DNA of 20,000 nucleotides from sequence record SRR2962707_3481. The stretch is one strand, 5' to 3'. The notes below the pieces were generated by a model. That model did no database searches and was not told the DNA's origin. It worked only from the letters and a program-made list of their open reading frames with translations. Position 1 is the stretch's first letter; every line of letters begins with the position of its first letter. Below are positions 7,634 to 16,118 of the stretch, piece after piece. The position numbers were made by a program, and so were the translations under genes.

Positions 7634-10468
7634 ATGAGAATTATGAACCGTATTAAGCTCCTTAGCTTACTATTGGTGCTCTCGTTTTTCTTCTCTAATG
7701 CACAGGAGAGGGACATGTCGGGAGACATTGAAAAACCTTTGACCAGTACCATTCCGTCCGATCCGGATGTGAGAATCGGTAAACTAAAGAACGGACTTAC
7801 CTATTACATCAGGAAAAATGCCAAGCCGGAAGACAAAATTGAATTCCGATTGGTCGTGAACGCAGGTTCCATCCTTGAGAACGAAGACCAGCAAGGACTG
7901 GCTCACTTTGTTGAGCACATGGCCTTCAATGGAAGTGAAAACTTCAAGAAAAATGAATTGGTCAATTACCTTCAATCCATTGGGGTGGAATTTGGAGCTG
8001 ACCTGAATGCATACACCAGTTTCGATGAGACTGTTTACATGCTTCCTATTCCAACGGGAGATCCAGCGGTTTTGGATAAAGGCATGAAAGTACTCGAAGA
8101 TTGGGCAAGCGGACTTGAGTTTTCAGAGGAAGAAATTGACAAAGAACGTGGCGTGGTGATAGAAGAGTGGAGATTGGGCCAGGGTGCAAGCCAGCGGATG
8201 AGGGACAAGTGGTTCCCGGTCATGTTCAAGGATTCACGATATGCTGAAAGATTACCAATTGGAAAGAAAGAGGTAATTGAGAACGCCAGCTACGAGACCA
8301 TCAGAAATTTCTACAATGACTGGTATCGTCCTAATCTTATGGCGGTGATTGCAGTAGGTGATTTGGATCCGGATGAAATGGAAAAGCAAATCCAGCAACG
8401 GTTCGGGAAATTGAAAAATCCTAAGAGTCCCCGGGAGCGAACGGAGTTTGACGTGCCGAGCCATCGGGAAACCTATGTAGCTATTGAGCAAGACAAGGAA
8501 GCTCCTTTCACCCAGGTTCAATTAGTATACAAGCAGGATGCTGAAGATGAGTCCAAGACATTGGCAGATTACAGAAGAGAGCTGACCTACAACTTATTCA
8601 ATAGCATGCTGAATCAGCGATTGAATGAACTTCGCCAGTCTGCAGAGCCCCCATTCGTATTTGCAAGCACAGGATATGGCAACATGGTGAGAACCAAGCA
8701 AACATATTCTTCCTTCGCTATGGTGGGTGAAGATGGCATCATGAAAGGTCTACAGAACCTTGTAAGAGAAAATGAACGTGTGAAGCGTTACGGATTCACT
8801 GCAGGTGAGTTGGAGCGAGCTAAGAAGCAGACGCTCAACCGAATGGAGCAGCAAATGAAAGAGCAGGACAAAACAGAGAGCAGAAGATTGGCTTCCCAGT
8901 ATGTCTCTTCTTTCCTTGATGAATCCACTATTACCTCTCCGGAGTTTTCATATGCTTTTGCTAAAAAGCAGTTTGAAGGTGTGACAGTTGATGAAATTAA
9001 TAAGTATGCACCCATGTGGATCAAAGAAAGTGACAGGGTAATCGTGATTACTGGTCCGGAAAGAGAAAATGCAGATGTGACCAAAGATGCTGTATTGGAA
9101 ATGCTGTCAATGGTGGAAGCTGAGGAAATCGAAGCATACGAAGATGAAATGTCCGGTTCGGAGTTGATGGCAACCATGCCTAAGAAAGGCTCAATAAAAT
9201 CAGAAAAAGGATTGGACAAAGTGGAAGCTACCGAATTGACACTTTCCAATGGCATGACGGTGGTACTTAAACCAACAGACTATCAGAACGATGAAGTATT
9301 GATGAGTGCCTTCAGCCATGGCGGTCATTGTCTATATGGTGATGATGTATATCACAGTGCATCTTACGCCGACAATGTCATTGGTGAAAGTGGTGTGGCA
9401 GACTTCTCAAATACAGATTTGCAGAAACTATTTGCTGGAAAAACGGTGAATGTTCGTCCGTTTATTGGTACCTACTCTGAAGGTTTTAATGGAAATGCAG
9501 CTCCTAAGGATCTGGAGACCATGATGCAGATGATCAATTTGTATTTCACAGCACCAAGAAAGGATGACCAGGCATTTGCCTCTTATAAGATGAGAAATAC
9601 CATGCTATTCCAGAATCTTATGTCGAATCCAAACTTCTTTTTCCAGAATGAGATGATCAAGATCATGAGCCAGGACCATCCGCGAGCTGGAGGATTCCCA
9701 ACGGCAGAGGAGCTGGAGAAAATCGACTTGGATAAGGCGTTTGAGATATTTGGAGAGCGATTTGCCGATCCAGCCAATTTCACTTTCTTCTTTGTTGGAA
9801 ACTTTGAGATAGACAAAATCAAGCCTTTGTTGGAGACGTACCTAGCCAGCATTCCTTCCATAGATAGAGAAGAAACATGGAAAGATCTTGGCATTCGTCC
9901 ACCTAAAGGAAAGCTTGAAAAAGTGATCAACAAAGGAACCGATCCTAAGAGTCAGGTATCGATCAATTATCGTGGAGAAACTGACTACAGCGTTGAAGAG
10001 AGTTACATCCTTACCAGCCTTGGAGAAGTGGTAACCAACAGACTGATTGACATTATTCGTGAGGAGAAAAGCGGTGTGTATGGTGTAGGTGCGAGAGGTA
10101 GTTTGAACGAACGACCTTACGAGAGCTACAGTTTTTCCGTTTCGTTCCCATGCGGCCCTGAGAATGTAGATGAGTTGAAGCAGGCGGTATATGATGAGAT
10201 CGAGCGAATCAAGAAGGAAGGCGTTTCAGAGGAAGATCTAAATGAAGTGAAAGAAGCTCAGCGTATCGATCGTAAAGAGAGCCTGGAGCAAAACAGGTAC
10301 TGGATGAACCAACTTTCTGGGTACTATACTGCCGATCGTGATTTGAGCACGTTCTTTGATTACGAAGATCGTATCGAAGCATTGACAACTGAGGATTTGA
10401 AAAAAGCAGCTCAGAAATATCTGGTGGAAAGCAATCTCATTGAGATCGTATTGATGCCGGAAGAATAA
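7634..10468 (+). CDS. M16 family zinc metallopeptidase (PqqL-like, exported)
   Basis: 944 aa, signal peptide, inverzincin motif HFVEH in GLAHFVEHMAFNGS, NAYTSFDETVY, ERGVVIEEWR; second half lacks HxxEH and carries IREEKSGVYG. Confidence 0.95.
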   Translation: MRIMNRIKLLSLLLVLSFFFSNAQERDMSGDIEKPLTSTIPSDPDVRIGKLKNGLTYYIRKNAKPEDKIEFRLVVNAGSILENEDQQGLAHFVEHMAFNGSENFKKNELVNYLQSIGVEFGADLNAYTSFDETVYMLPIPTGDPAVLDKGMKVLEDWASGLEFSEEEIDKERGVVIEEWRLGQGASQRMRDKWFPVMFKDSRYAERLPIGKKEVIENASYETIRNFYNDWYRPNLMAVIAVGDLDPDEMEKQIQQRFGKLKNPKSPRERTEFDVPSHRETYVAIEQDKEAPFTQVQLVYKQDAEDESKTLADYRRELTYNLFNSMLNQRLNELRQSAEPPFVFASTGYGNMVRTKQTYSSFAMVGEDGIMKGLQNLVRENERVKRYGFTAGELERAKKQTLNRMEQQMKEQDKTESRRLASQYVSSFLDESTITSPEFSYAFAKKQFEGVTVDEINKYAPMWIKESDRVIVITGPERENADVTKDAVLEMLSMVEAEEIEAYEDEMSGSELMATMPKKGSIKSEKGLDKVEATELTLSNGMTVVLKPTDYQNDEVLMSAFSHGGHCLYGDDVYHSASYADNVIGESGVADFSNTDLQKLFAGKTVNVRPFIGTYSEGFNGNAAPKDLETMMQMINLYFTAPRKDDQAFASYKMRNTMLFQNLMSNPNFFFQNEMIKIMSQDHPRAGGFPTAEELEKIDLDKAFEIFGERFADPANFTFFFVGNFEIDKIKPLLETYLASIPSIDREETWKDLGIRPPKGKLEKVINKGTDPKSQVSINYRGETDYSVEESYILTSLGEVVTNRLIDIIREEKSGVYGVGARGSLNERPYESYSFSVSFPCGPENVDELKQAVYDEIERIKKEGVSEEDLNEVKEAQRIDRKESLEQNRYWMNQLSGYYTADRDLSTFFDYEDRIEALTTEDLKKAAQKYLVESNLIEIVLMPEE

Positions 10469-10489
10469 GACTTTATCTATCCATAAAAC

Positions 10490-10519
10490 AAAAGCCTTCC
10501 TGATCAGGAAGGTTTTTTT
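10490..10519. terminator. Bidirectional rho-independent terminator
   Basis: AAAAG-CCTTCCT-GATC-AGGAAGG-TTTTTTT between the convergent M16 and ABC permease genes; A-tract on the left, T-tract on the right. Confidence 0.88.
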
Positions 10520-10521
10520 GT

Positions 10522-13158
10522 CTATTCATATCTCAATGTTTTCACGGGGTTACTTCTGGCTGCTTTAAGAGATTGTGTGCCTACCGCAATTAAAACCATT
10601 AGTAGAGAGAATCCACCTGCGATCAGAAATACTACAGCTCCTACATTGATACGGTATGCAAAGTCTTGTAACCATTCGTTGGTTAGGTAGTAGCCAATCG
10701 GAACCGAAAGGAGAAAAGCCACACCTATTAGCAGTAAAAATCCCTTGCTAATTAGCATGAAAATGGAGCGAATGGAAGCACCCAACACTTTACGAACACC
10801 TATTTCTTTGGATCGCTTCACGACAGCAAAAGAAGCCAGACCAAACAATCCCGAACAGGCAATAAGTATCGCCAGAATGGTGAAATACCGAGTAGCACTC
10901 GCTAGGCGTTCTTCTTTCACATACTGATCCTGGATTTTTTCATCCAAAAAAGTGAACTCAAAAGGCCAGTCAGGGATGACCCGATCCCAGACCGTCTCAA
11001 TTTGATCCAGGGTTGATAGTAAGTTGGTAGTTCCTGAAAGCTTCAGGCAGACTTCACTGCCTACACTGGATCGTGGCATCCGAAAGACACTCGGTTGCAC
11101 AGGATTATAAAGGCTCTCAAAATTGGCATCTGCCAGCACCCCTAACACTTCAATTTCTTCAGGTTCACTAGCGCCACCAGGCAGAAAGCTTAATCGTTTG
11201 CCCAGGCTCTCTTCCAATGACCATCCAAGGGCATTGGCCGCAGATTCATTGATTAGGATACCTGATGAGACATCAGATTCTATTTCAGTATTGAAGTCTC
11301 TGCCTGCAACCACTTCCAGATCAAACATATCTGTAAACCCTTCACCTATCCATTTGATACCCAGCGAGTAAGTGGATTCATCATCACTTCCCACTCGTTT
11401 GAATGTGTTGCTGTATGAAGAAGTACCTGCCACATAGCCACGATGCAGGTCAACCACACTTGGCAAAGCTTTCATTTCATTTTCAAATACTTCGTATTGA
11501 CTTTTTGAAAGGTTTCTGGCATGCCGGATGATCAACATTTGCTCCTTGTCAAACCCCAGCTCTTTACCTTTTAGGAAATCCAATTGTTGATTGACCACAA
11601 TGATTCCAACGAACAAGAGATTACACACCAGAAACTGACCAATGATCATCACCTTACCGAACCGTTGCTTAGACTTCAACAAGCCAAATCGCTGAATAGC
11701 ATTGATCTTTATCACTGCCATGGATGGCCTCAGACCCGCGATCAACGCAATCATTAATGCTGTCAGTAGCGCTAAGGCGATAAATGGTAATTCATTCCAA
11801 CCGATGGATAATGTCGAGTCCATAAATTCATTGAAGTAGGGGAGTGAGACAAAGGCAAGAATGACTGCCAGGGTGCAGGCCATTATGACCAATGCAAATG
11901 CTTCAGTCATAAACTGAGAAACAAGATGACTCTTTCCTGCTCCCATCACTTTTCTTAAGCCCACTTCTTTCAATCGCTCATTTGATTGAGCGGAGGTGAG
12001 ATTGACGAAATTGACACAGGCAATGGACAAGATCAGAATGGCTACTAGTCCAAATCCGTAGAGTTGTGCCATGTTGCCATTCGCCTTTGCTTCCCCTGAT
12101 TTATCAGAATGCAAATGGATATTGAAAAGTGGCTGCACCTCTAGCGAAAATCCATCTTGTCCGTCGACATTAAAATATGATGAAGCAATGGTTTGTAATT
12201 TTCTCTGGAAATCTTTTAAATCTGTGCCCGGAGCAAGTTGAGCGTATGTCCACGCAGCAGCCCAGTTCCAGTCTTTTTCCAGGTCATAGGTGTATTCGCC
12301 CCAACCCATCCATCTCTGCCGTTGCAACTCTATTGGGACGAGGATATCGAATGCAAGGTGTGAGTTGTCCGGAACGTCCTTGATTACACCAGTTACGATC
12401 AGGTCATCCTCGTTTTTGTACCGCATAATTTCGCCCATAGGATCAGACTCTCCAAAGTACTTAGCCACCACCTTCTGTGTAAGGATAATGCTTCTTGGAT
12501 CAGAAAGAGCGGTAGTTGGATCCCCGGAAACAAATTCAAAATCAAATACCTTAAACACATCTGTTTCAGCGAAGTAGATTCCCTCTTCAGTGAATTTATG
12601 ATCACCATATTCAAGCAATGGTGTATCGCCACCCCAGTTATAGAACCTGGCTGTTTTGACTATCTCCGGGTACTCTTCCTCCAATACTTTCTTCATCGGA
12701 AAAGGTAGTTTGGCACCCAGACGCGTCGCACTAGGTGTTTCCAACCTATAGGTTAAGCGCACAATTTGATCACCATTGTTGTGAAAGCGATCGAAGGAAA
12801 GTTCATGTTTGATGAATAGCATGATCAGAATAACTGCCGACAACCCAATGGCCAGTCCTAAAACATTGATGGTTGAGTAGGTGAGGTGTCGGCGCATGAG
12901 TCGAAAGCCGACTTTTAGATGATTAAAAAACATAATAGTGGAGTTTGAAAATGGATTAATTCTTTCTTTTCGAATAACAAAAAGTTGCATGAAGGAGATC
13001 ACATTGAAGAAATAGAGAAAGTTGGCCCTGAGGGCATTCATCCGTTCGCGCCTTTCATTGTAAATAGCCAATAAATCACCCTCAATTGCTTCGCAAAGGT
13101 CTTCCGAGCAAAACCATCTAAACAATCTTATCATCCATTTAGGTGGTGAGTGTTTCAT
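10522..13158 (-). CDS. Duplicated MacB/FtsX-type ABC transporter permease with N-terminal permease-prefix domain (ADOP-like)
   Basis: 878 aa; prefix PPKW...EAIEGDL; two FtsX repeats (ACVNFVNL...RLKEVGLRKVMGA and RSKEIGVRKVLGAS); C-terminus NPVKTLRYE. Confidence 0.93.
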   Translation of the reverse strand: MKHSPPKWMIRLFRWFCSEDLCEAIEGDLLAIYNERRERMNALRANFLYFFNVISFMQLFVIRKERINPFSNSTIMFFNHLKVGFRLMRRHLTYSTINVLGLAIGLSAVILIMLFIKHELSFDRFHNNGDQIVRLTYRLETPSATRLGAKLPFPMKKVLEEEYPEIVKTARFYNWGGDTPLLEYGDHKFTEEGIYFAETDVFKVFDFEFVSGDPTTALSDPRSIILTQKVVAKYFGESDPMGEIMRYKNEDDLIVTGVIKDVPDNSHLAFDILVPIELQRQRWMGWGEYTYDLEKDWNWAAAWTYAQLAPGTDLKDFQRKLQTIASSYFNVDGQDGFSLEVQPLFNIHLHSDKSGEAKANGNMAQLYGFGLVAILILSIACVNFVNLTSAQSNERLKEVGLRKVMGAGKSHLVSQFMTEAFALVIMACTLAVILAFVSLPYFNEFMDSTLSIGWNELPFIALALLTALMIALIAGLRPSMAVIKINAIQRFGLLKSKQRFGKVMIIGQFLVCNLLFVGIIVVNQQLDFLKGKELGFDKEQMLIIRHARNLSKSQYEVFENEMKALPSVVDLHRGYVAGTSSYSNTFKRVGSDDESTYSLGIKWIGEGFTDMFDLEVVAGRDFNTEIESDVSSGILINESAANALGWSLEESLGKRLSFLPGGASEPEEIEVLGVLADANFESLYNPVQPSVFRMPRSSVGSEVCLKLSGTTNLLSTLDQIETVWDRVIPDWPFEFTFLDEKIQDQYVKEERLASATRYFTILAILIACSGLFGLASFAVVKRSKEIGVRKVLGASIRSIFMLISKGFLLLIGVAFLLSVPIGYYLTNEWLQDFAYRINVGAVVFLIAGGFSLLMVLIAVGTQSLKAARSNPVKTLRYE

Positions 13159-13493
13159 GAGCTACCTCCTTCCCAAATAAATGCCGGAACCGCCTCCCAC
13201 ATTTTATTCCTTAACTCGCGAGATTCACCGAGTGCCTTTTTTCCCGAGGCTGTCATTTGGTAAAGTCGTTTCCTTCTGCCGCCTCGTTCTGAAGTGGCGC
13301 CACCCATGTGCGAAGTGAGGAATCCCTTTTTTTCCAAGCGAACCAATACTTTATGCACAGCACTGATCATTGGTTTCCGGTCGCTTTGATTTTCAAGCTC
13401 TTTCTGGATGGCCAATCCATGTGCATCGTCTGTTAGAATACCAACAGTTAGTAATACCAGTTCTTCAAATTCACCAAGATGTGTGCCCTTCAT
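13155..13493 (-). CDS. PadR family transcriptional regulator
   Basis: LGEFEELVLL...RLEKKGFL...ERGGRRKRLYQMTASG winged-helix pattern; 4-nt ATGA overlap with the permease start. Confidence 0.92.
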   Translation of the reverse strand: MKGTHLGEFEELVLLTVGILTDDAHGLAIQKELENQSDRKPMISAVHKVLVRLEKKGFLTSHMGGATSERGGRRKRLYQMTASGKKALGESRELRNKMWEAVPAFIWEGGSS

Positions 13494-13527
13494 AATTTAT
13501 TTGTTTCATTTTTGTCTCTATCATACT

Positions 13528-13544
13528 CTTTTGGAAATCAAAAG
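13528..13544. promoter_or_regulatory. Inverted repeat upstream of the PadR gene (candidate operator)
   Basis: CTTTTG-GAAAT-CAAAAG, 34 nt upstream of the PadR ATG in the divergent padR/TPR interval. Confidence 0.3.
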
Positions 13545-13621
13545 GTTGCACGAAAACTCAAATTTCTTTCACCTTTGTCTAATAATTTCTTAATTACCTT
13601 ACCTACACTAAAGAGATTGAT

Positions 13622-14227
13622 ATGAAAAATCACCTGGCAATCTTCTTTTTTTCTGTTCTAAGCTGTGTGAGTCTGATAGCACAGGATGATGCTGATTTGT
13701 ATCGCTTGGCCACCGACCTCTATTATCAAGGGCAATATGAGAAAGCGCTGAATTACCTTGATAGTGCCCTTATTCTTAATGATGACGACATCTCCAGGTA
13801 TTTCTATCGGTCCAAAATCAATGAGAAGCTAGGTAAGTATGACGAGGCAATTTCAGATCTGACTATGTGCATCCAGCGATCTGAGCACGATGCGATGTAC
13901 CTGAATATTCGTGCTGATTATTATGAGCGCATCGGTAAGCTGGATCCGGCGCTGGCTGATTTTTCTGAATGCATCAAGTTACGCCCAACTTGGAATGCCT
14001 ACTTCCGCCGGGGACTTATTTATATCAAACAAAATCAATTGAAAAAAGGCATGTCTGATCTGGATCAGTCCATCAAGATGAATAGTGATCAGGCCGATCC
14101 ACTTAGAGCTCGCGGGTACCTTAAACATAAGATGGGGGACAAGGAAGGCGCATGTGATGACATGTTCAAAGTGTATGACATGGGATTCGATGACGTCCGT
14201 GATTGGATCCGAAAAAACTGTGGGTAG
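13622..14227 (+). CDS. Exported tetratricopeptide repeat protein
   Basis: Signal peptide, about 5 TPR units (GQYEKAL, GKYDEAISD, AYFRRG, RARGYLK), C-terminal GACDD...KNC Cys pair. Confidence 0.9.
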   Translation: MKNHLAIFFFSVLSCVSLIAQDDADLYRLATDLYYQGQYEKALNYLDSALILNDDDISRYFYRSKINEKLGKYDEAISDLTMCIQRSEHDAMYLNIRADYYERIGKLDPALADFSECIKLRPTWNAYFRRGLIYIKQNQLKKGMSDLDQSIKMNSDQADPLRARGYLKHKMGDKEGACDDMFKVYDMGFDDVRDWIRKNCG

Positions 14228-14338
14228 ACGACTCATATCATTTCCTCAAACGTTAGCGTTGATTTGTCGATTAAAGTGAAACTCTTTTCACAGAAATCGT
14301 AAGTATCTAACAGGCTAATGTTTTAAAAAGGACTCAAA

Positions 14339-14407
14339 ATGAAAGCAAAGCAGATTTTATTGGTTGTCTACCTGGTGATCCTCATGGTCACCGTGGCTGT
14401 TGGATAG
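14339..14407 (+). CDS. Putative 22-aa single-TM small peptide
   Basis: ATG...TAG reads MKAKQILLVVYLVILMVTVAVG*; A-rich leader, basic N-terminus, fully hydrophobic helix; below the ORF-track cutoff. Confidence 0.4.
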   Translation: MKAKQILLVVYLVILMVTVAVG

Positions 14408-14450
14408 TTCCGGGACTTTTTCTATTCAGATTTTTATTGGTTCGGGATAC

Positions 14451-14501
14451 GTATGAGTTTATTAACTCGAACGACATAGCTGATGCATTTCAGTATGATT
14501 G
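14451..14501 (+). promoter_or_regulatory. Regulon box 1 plus degenerate -7 element
   Basis: GTATG-AGTTTATTAACT-CGAACGA (14451-14474), then TATGATTG at 14494-14501; ATG at 14516. Confidence 0.6.
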
Positions 14502-14515
14502 GGGAAAATACTTGT

Positions 14516-14941
14516 ATGAAGCTCCCAATCATTCTATTGCTAGGCACGATGGCTGCAGCTACTTCCATCTTTTTGCAAAATCAGTCGGCCACCTGGATTT
14601 CGACTCAGCAACACGAGGCACAAATTCGTAAAGTGACATCACCCTTCCACATCGAATTGTACACAAAGCCTTTTTGTAAAGAATGTGATTGGGTAAAAGG
14701 CGAACTTGAAACGTCGGCGTTGTATTTTACGACTTATTCCGTTTTTCTGGATCAGAAAGAGCTGTCAGAGATGACTATTCGCACCAGTGGAGTAGGTGGT
14801 ATCCCTCAAATATTCATAAATGGATATTACATTGGTGACGATGATGACTTTAGAAGCAATGTTGTCCCTAAATTGGATTCAATGAAAAATGGATACGATG
14901 TTCATCTTAAGGTCAATATTCATCATCTAACCAATGAATAA
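14516..14941 (+). CDS. Exported glutaredoxin-like protein (start revised from 14483 to 14516)
   Basis: IELYTKPFCKEC (CxxC) and GIPQIFINGYYIGDDD (cis-Pro and Grx C-terminal motif); N-terminal MKLPIILLLGTMAAA hydrophobic leader. Confidence 0.8.
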   Translation: MKLPIILLLGTMAAATSIFLQNQSATWISTQQHEAQIRKVTSPFHIELYTKPFCKECDWVKGELETSALYFTTYSVFLDQKELSEMTIRTSGVGGIPQIFINGYYIGDDDDFRSNVVPKLDSMKNGYDVHLKVNIHHLTNE

Positions 14942-16052
14942 TCTTTACATCATTTCTTTATTCATTTGTCTGACTGGAGGCATGCAGGGTGCTTTTTTAT
15001 TATTCGCGCTTAACAAGATTTTTAAGGAGAAAAACGTTGATAGAAAGTGGCTGATGCTTCTTATCGGAACTGTTACGATAACTCTACTTGGTCGCCTTCT
15101 TTATTTATATCCGCATCTGATAGACATCAGAATTCCTGTCCTGACAGATCTTGTACTCTTTCTATTTGGCCCATTATACTATTTGTTTTTAAAGAGTGTA
15201 TTTTCAGATACATCTGTCTCTAAAGTATCACGCAATTCAATTAGGTATTTCGTTCCATCCCTTTTGCACCTGATTGCCACCATCCCGATTTTCACCATGA
15301 GTTATGAAGACTATATGCATAGAATGGCTAATGGTCAGCTTATGGTGTATTTCAATGTGATTATGATAACCGCCTTGTTTCACAATACATATTACTGGTG
15401 GAAGGGAAGAAGAATGATAAAGAACATAGAGAAGCAATTTGGGTCAACCAAAATCAGGTTTTCTGCTACGTACATTATACTTATGAACTGGTGGTATCTC
15501 ATTGTTATAGCCTCCTTTGGTACAATGATTATCCTGTATCAAATAGATTTCAGGATAGCCGGGATAGGCTATCAGCTCACATGGATTCTTGCTTCCTGGC
15601 TAACCTATGGTTTAGGTTTTATGGTCATGACCAACCCTGAATCGTTTGGTGATCTGATAGTGGATATCAAAGAAAAAGGAAAATTAGAAGCTCGAGAGCA
15701 AAAGCAAATAGAGAAACTGGCCAATAAGATCGTGGAGCTGCTTGAAAATAAGAAAGTGTACCTTGATCCTGAGATTTCGCTGTTGAGTATGGCGAAACAG
15801 CTTGGAACAAACAACGTAATGCTGTCAAAAACCATTAATCATTACTTTGATGTCGGTTTTTATGACTTAATCAATAAACGCAGAGTTAATGAATTCATTC
15901 GTCTGGCAGGAGATTCCGATAACAGTCACTTTACCTACTTTGCGCTTGCGCTTCAGGCAGGTTTTAACTCAAAAACCTCTTTCAATAAGTACTTCAAAAA
16001 GTTCACCAATCAGACCCCAAAAGAGTATTTCAGCAAATTAAGTGTTGCTTAA
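14934..16052 (+). CDS. Membrane-anchored AraC family transcriptional regulator (multi-TM sensor plus C-terminal HTH)
   Basis: About 6-7 hydrophobic segments (GPLYYLF motif), then YLDPEISLLSMA...LSKTIN...FYDLINKRRV...AGFNSKTSFNKYFKKFTNQTPKEY; overlaps the upstream gene by 8 nt. Confidence 0.94.
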   Translation: MNNLYIISLFICLTGGMQGAFLLFALNKIFKEKNVDRKWLMLLIGTVTITLLGRLLYLYPHLIDIRIPVLTDLVLFLFGPLYYLFLKSVFSDTSVSKVSRNSIRYFVPSLLHLIATIPIFTMSYEDYMHRMANGQLMVYFNVIMITALFHNTYYWWKGRRMIKNIEKQFGSTKIRFSATYIILMNWWYLIVIASFGTMIILYQIDFRIAGIGYQLTWILASWLTYGLGFMVMTNPESFGDLIVDIKEKGKLEAREQKQIEKLANKIVELLENKKVYLDPEISLLSMAKQLGTNNVMLSKTINHYFDVGFYDLINKRRVNEFIRLAGDSDNSHFTYFALALQAGFNSKTSFNKYFKKFTNQTPKEYFSKLSVA

Positions 16053-16053
16053 T

Positions 16054-16104
16054 ATTCGAGGTAATAACCACGAACGAATCATATGGCCCAAAGTGAGAGT
16101 ATTG
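16054..16104 (+). promoter_or_regulatory. Regulon box 2 plus degenerate -7 element
   Basis: ATTCG-AGGTAATAACCA-CGAACGA (16054-16077), then GAGTATTG at 16097-16104; ATG at 16119. Confidence 0.65.
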
Positions 16105-16118
16105 CCTCAAAAAAGGTC

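Noticed and set aside
882-12632. Many 60-155 aa alternative-frame or antisense ORFs (e.g. 2159..2488, 6051..6431, 8788..9255, 9583..9933, 12290..12577)
   Set aside because: Nested in or almost wholly overlapping long genes with clear family motifs; no motifs of their own; typical shadow ORFs.
14406-14421. AGTTCCGGGACTTTTT as a terminator after the 22-aa ORF
   Set aside because: Stem is only 4-5 bp with a G-U pair and a tiny loop; too weak to call.
14437-14631. ORF-track ORF 14437..14631 and the 17351 start, both beginning MVRD
   Set aside because: The shared start reflects the DNA motif TTGGTTCG at or near the operator boxes, not protein homology; the real starts are 14516 and 17417.
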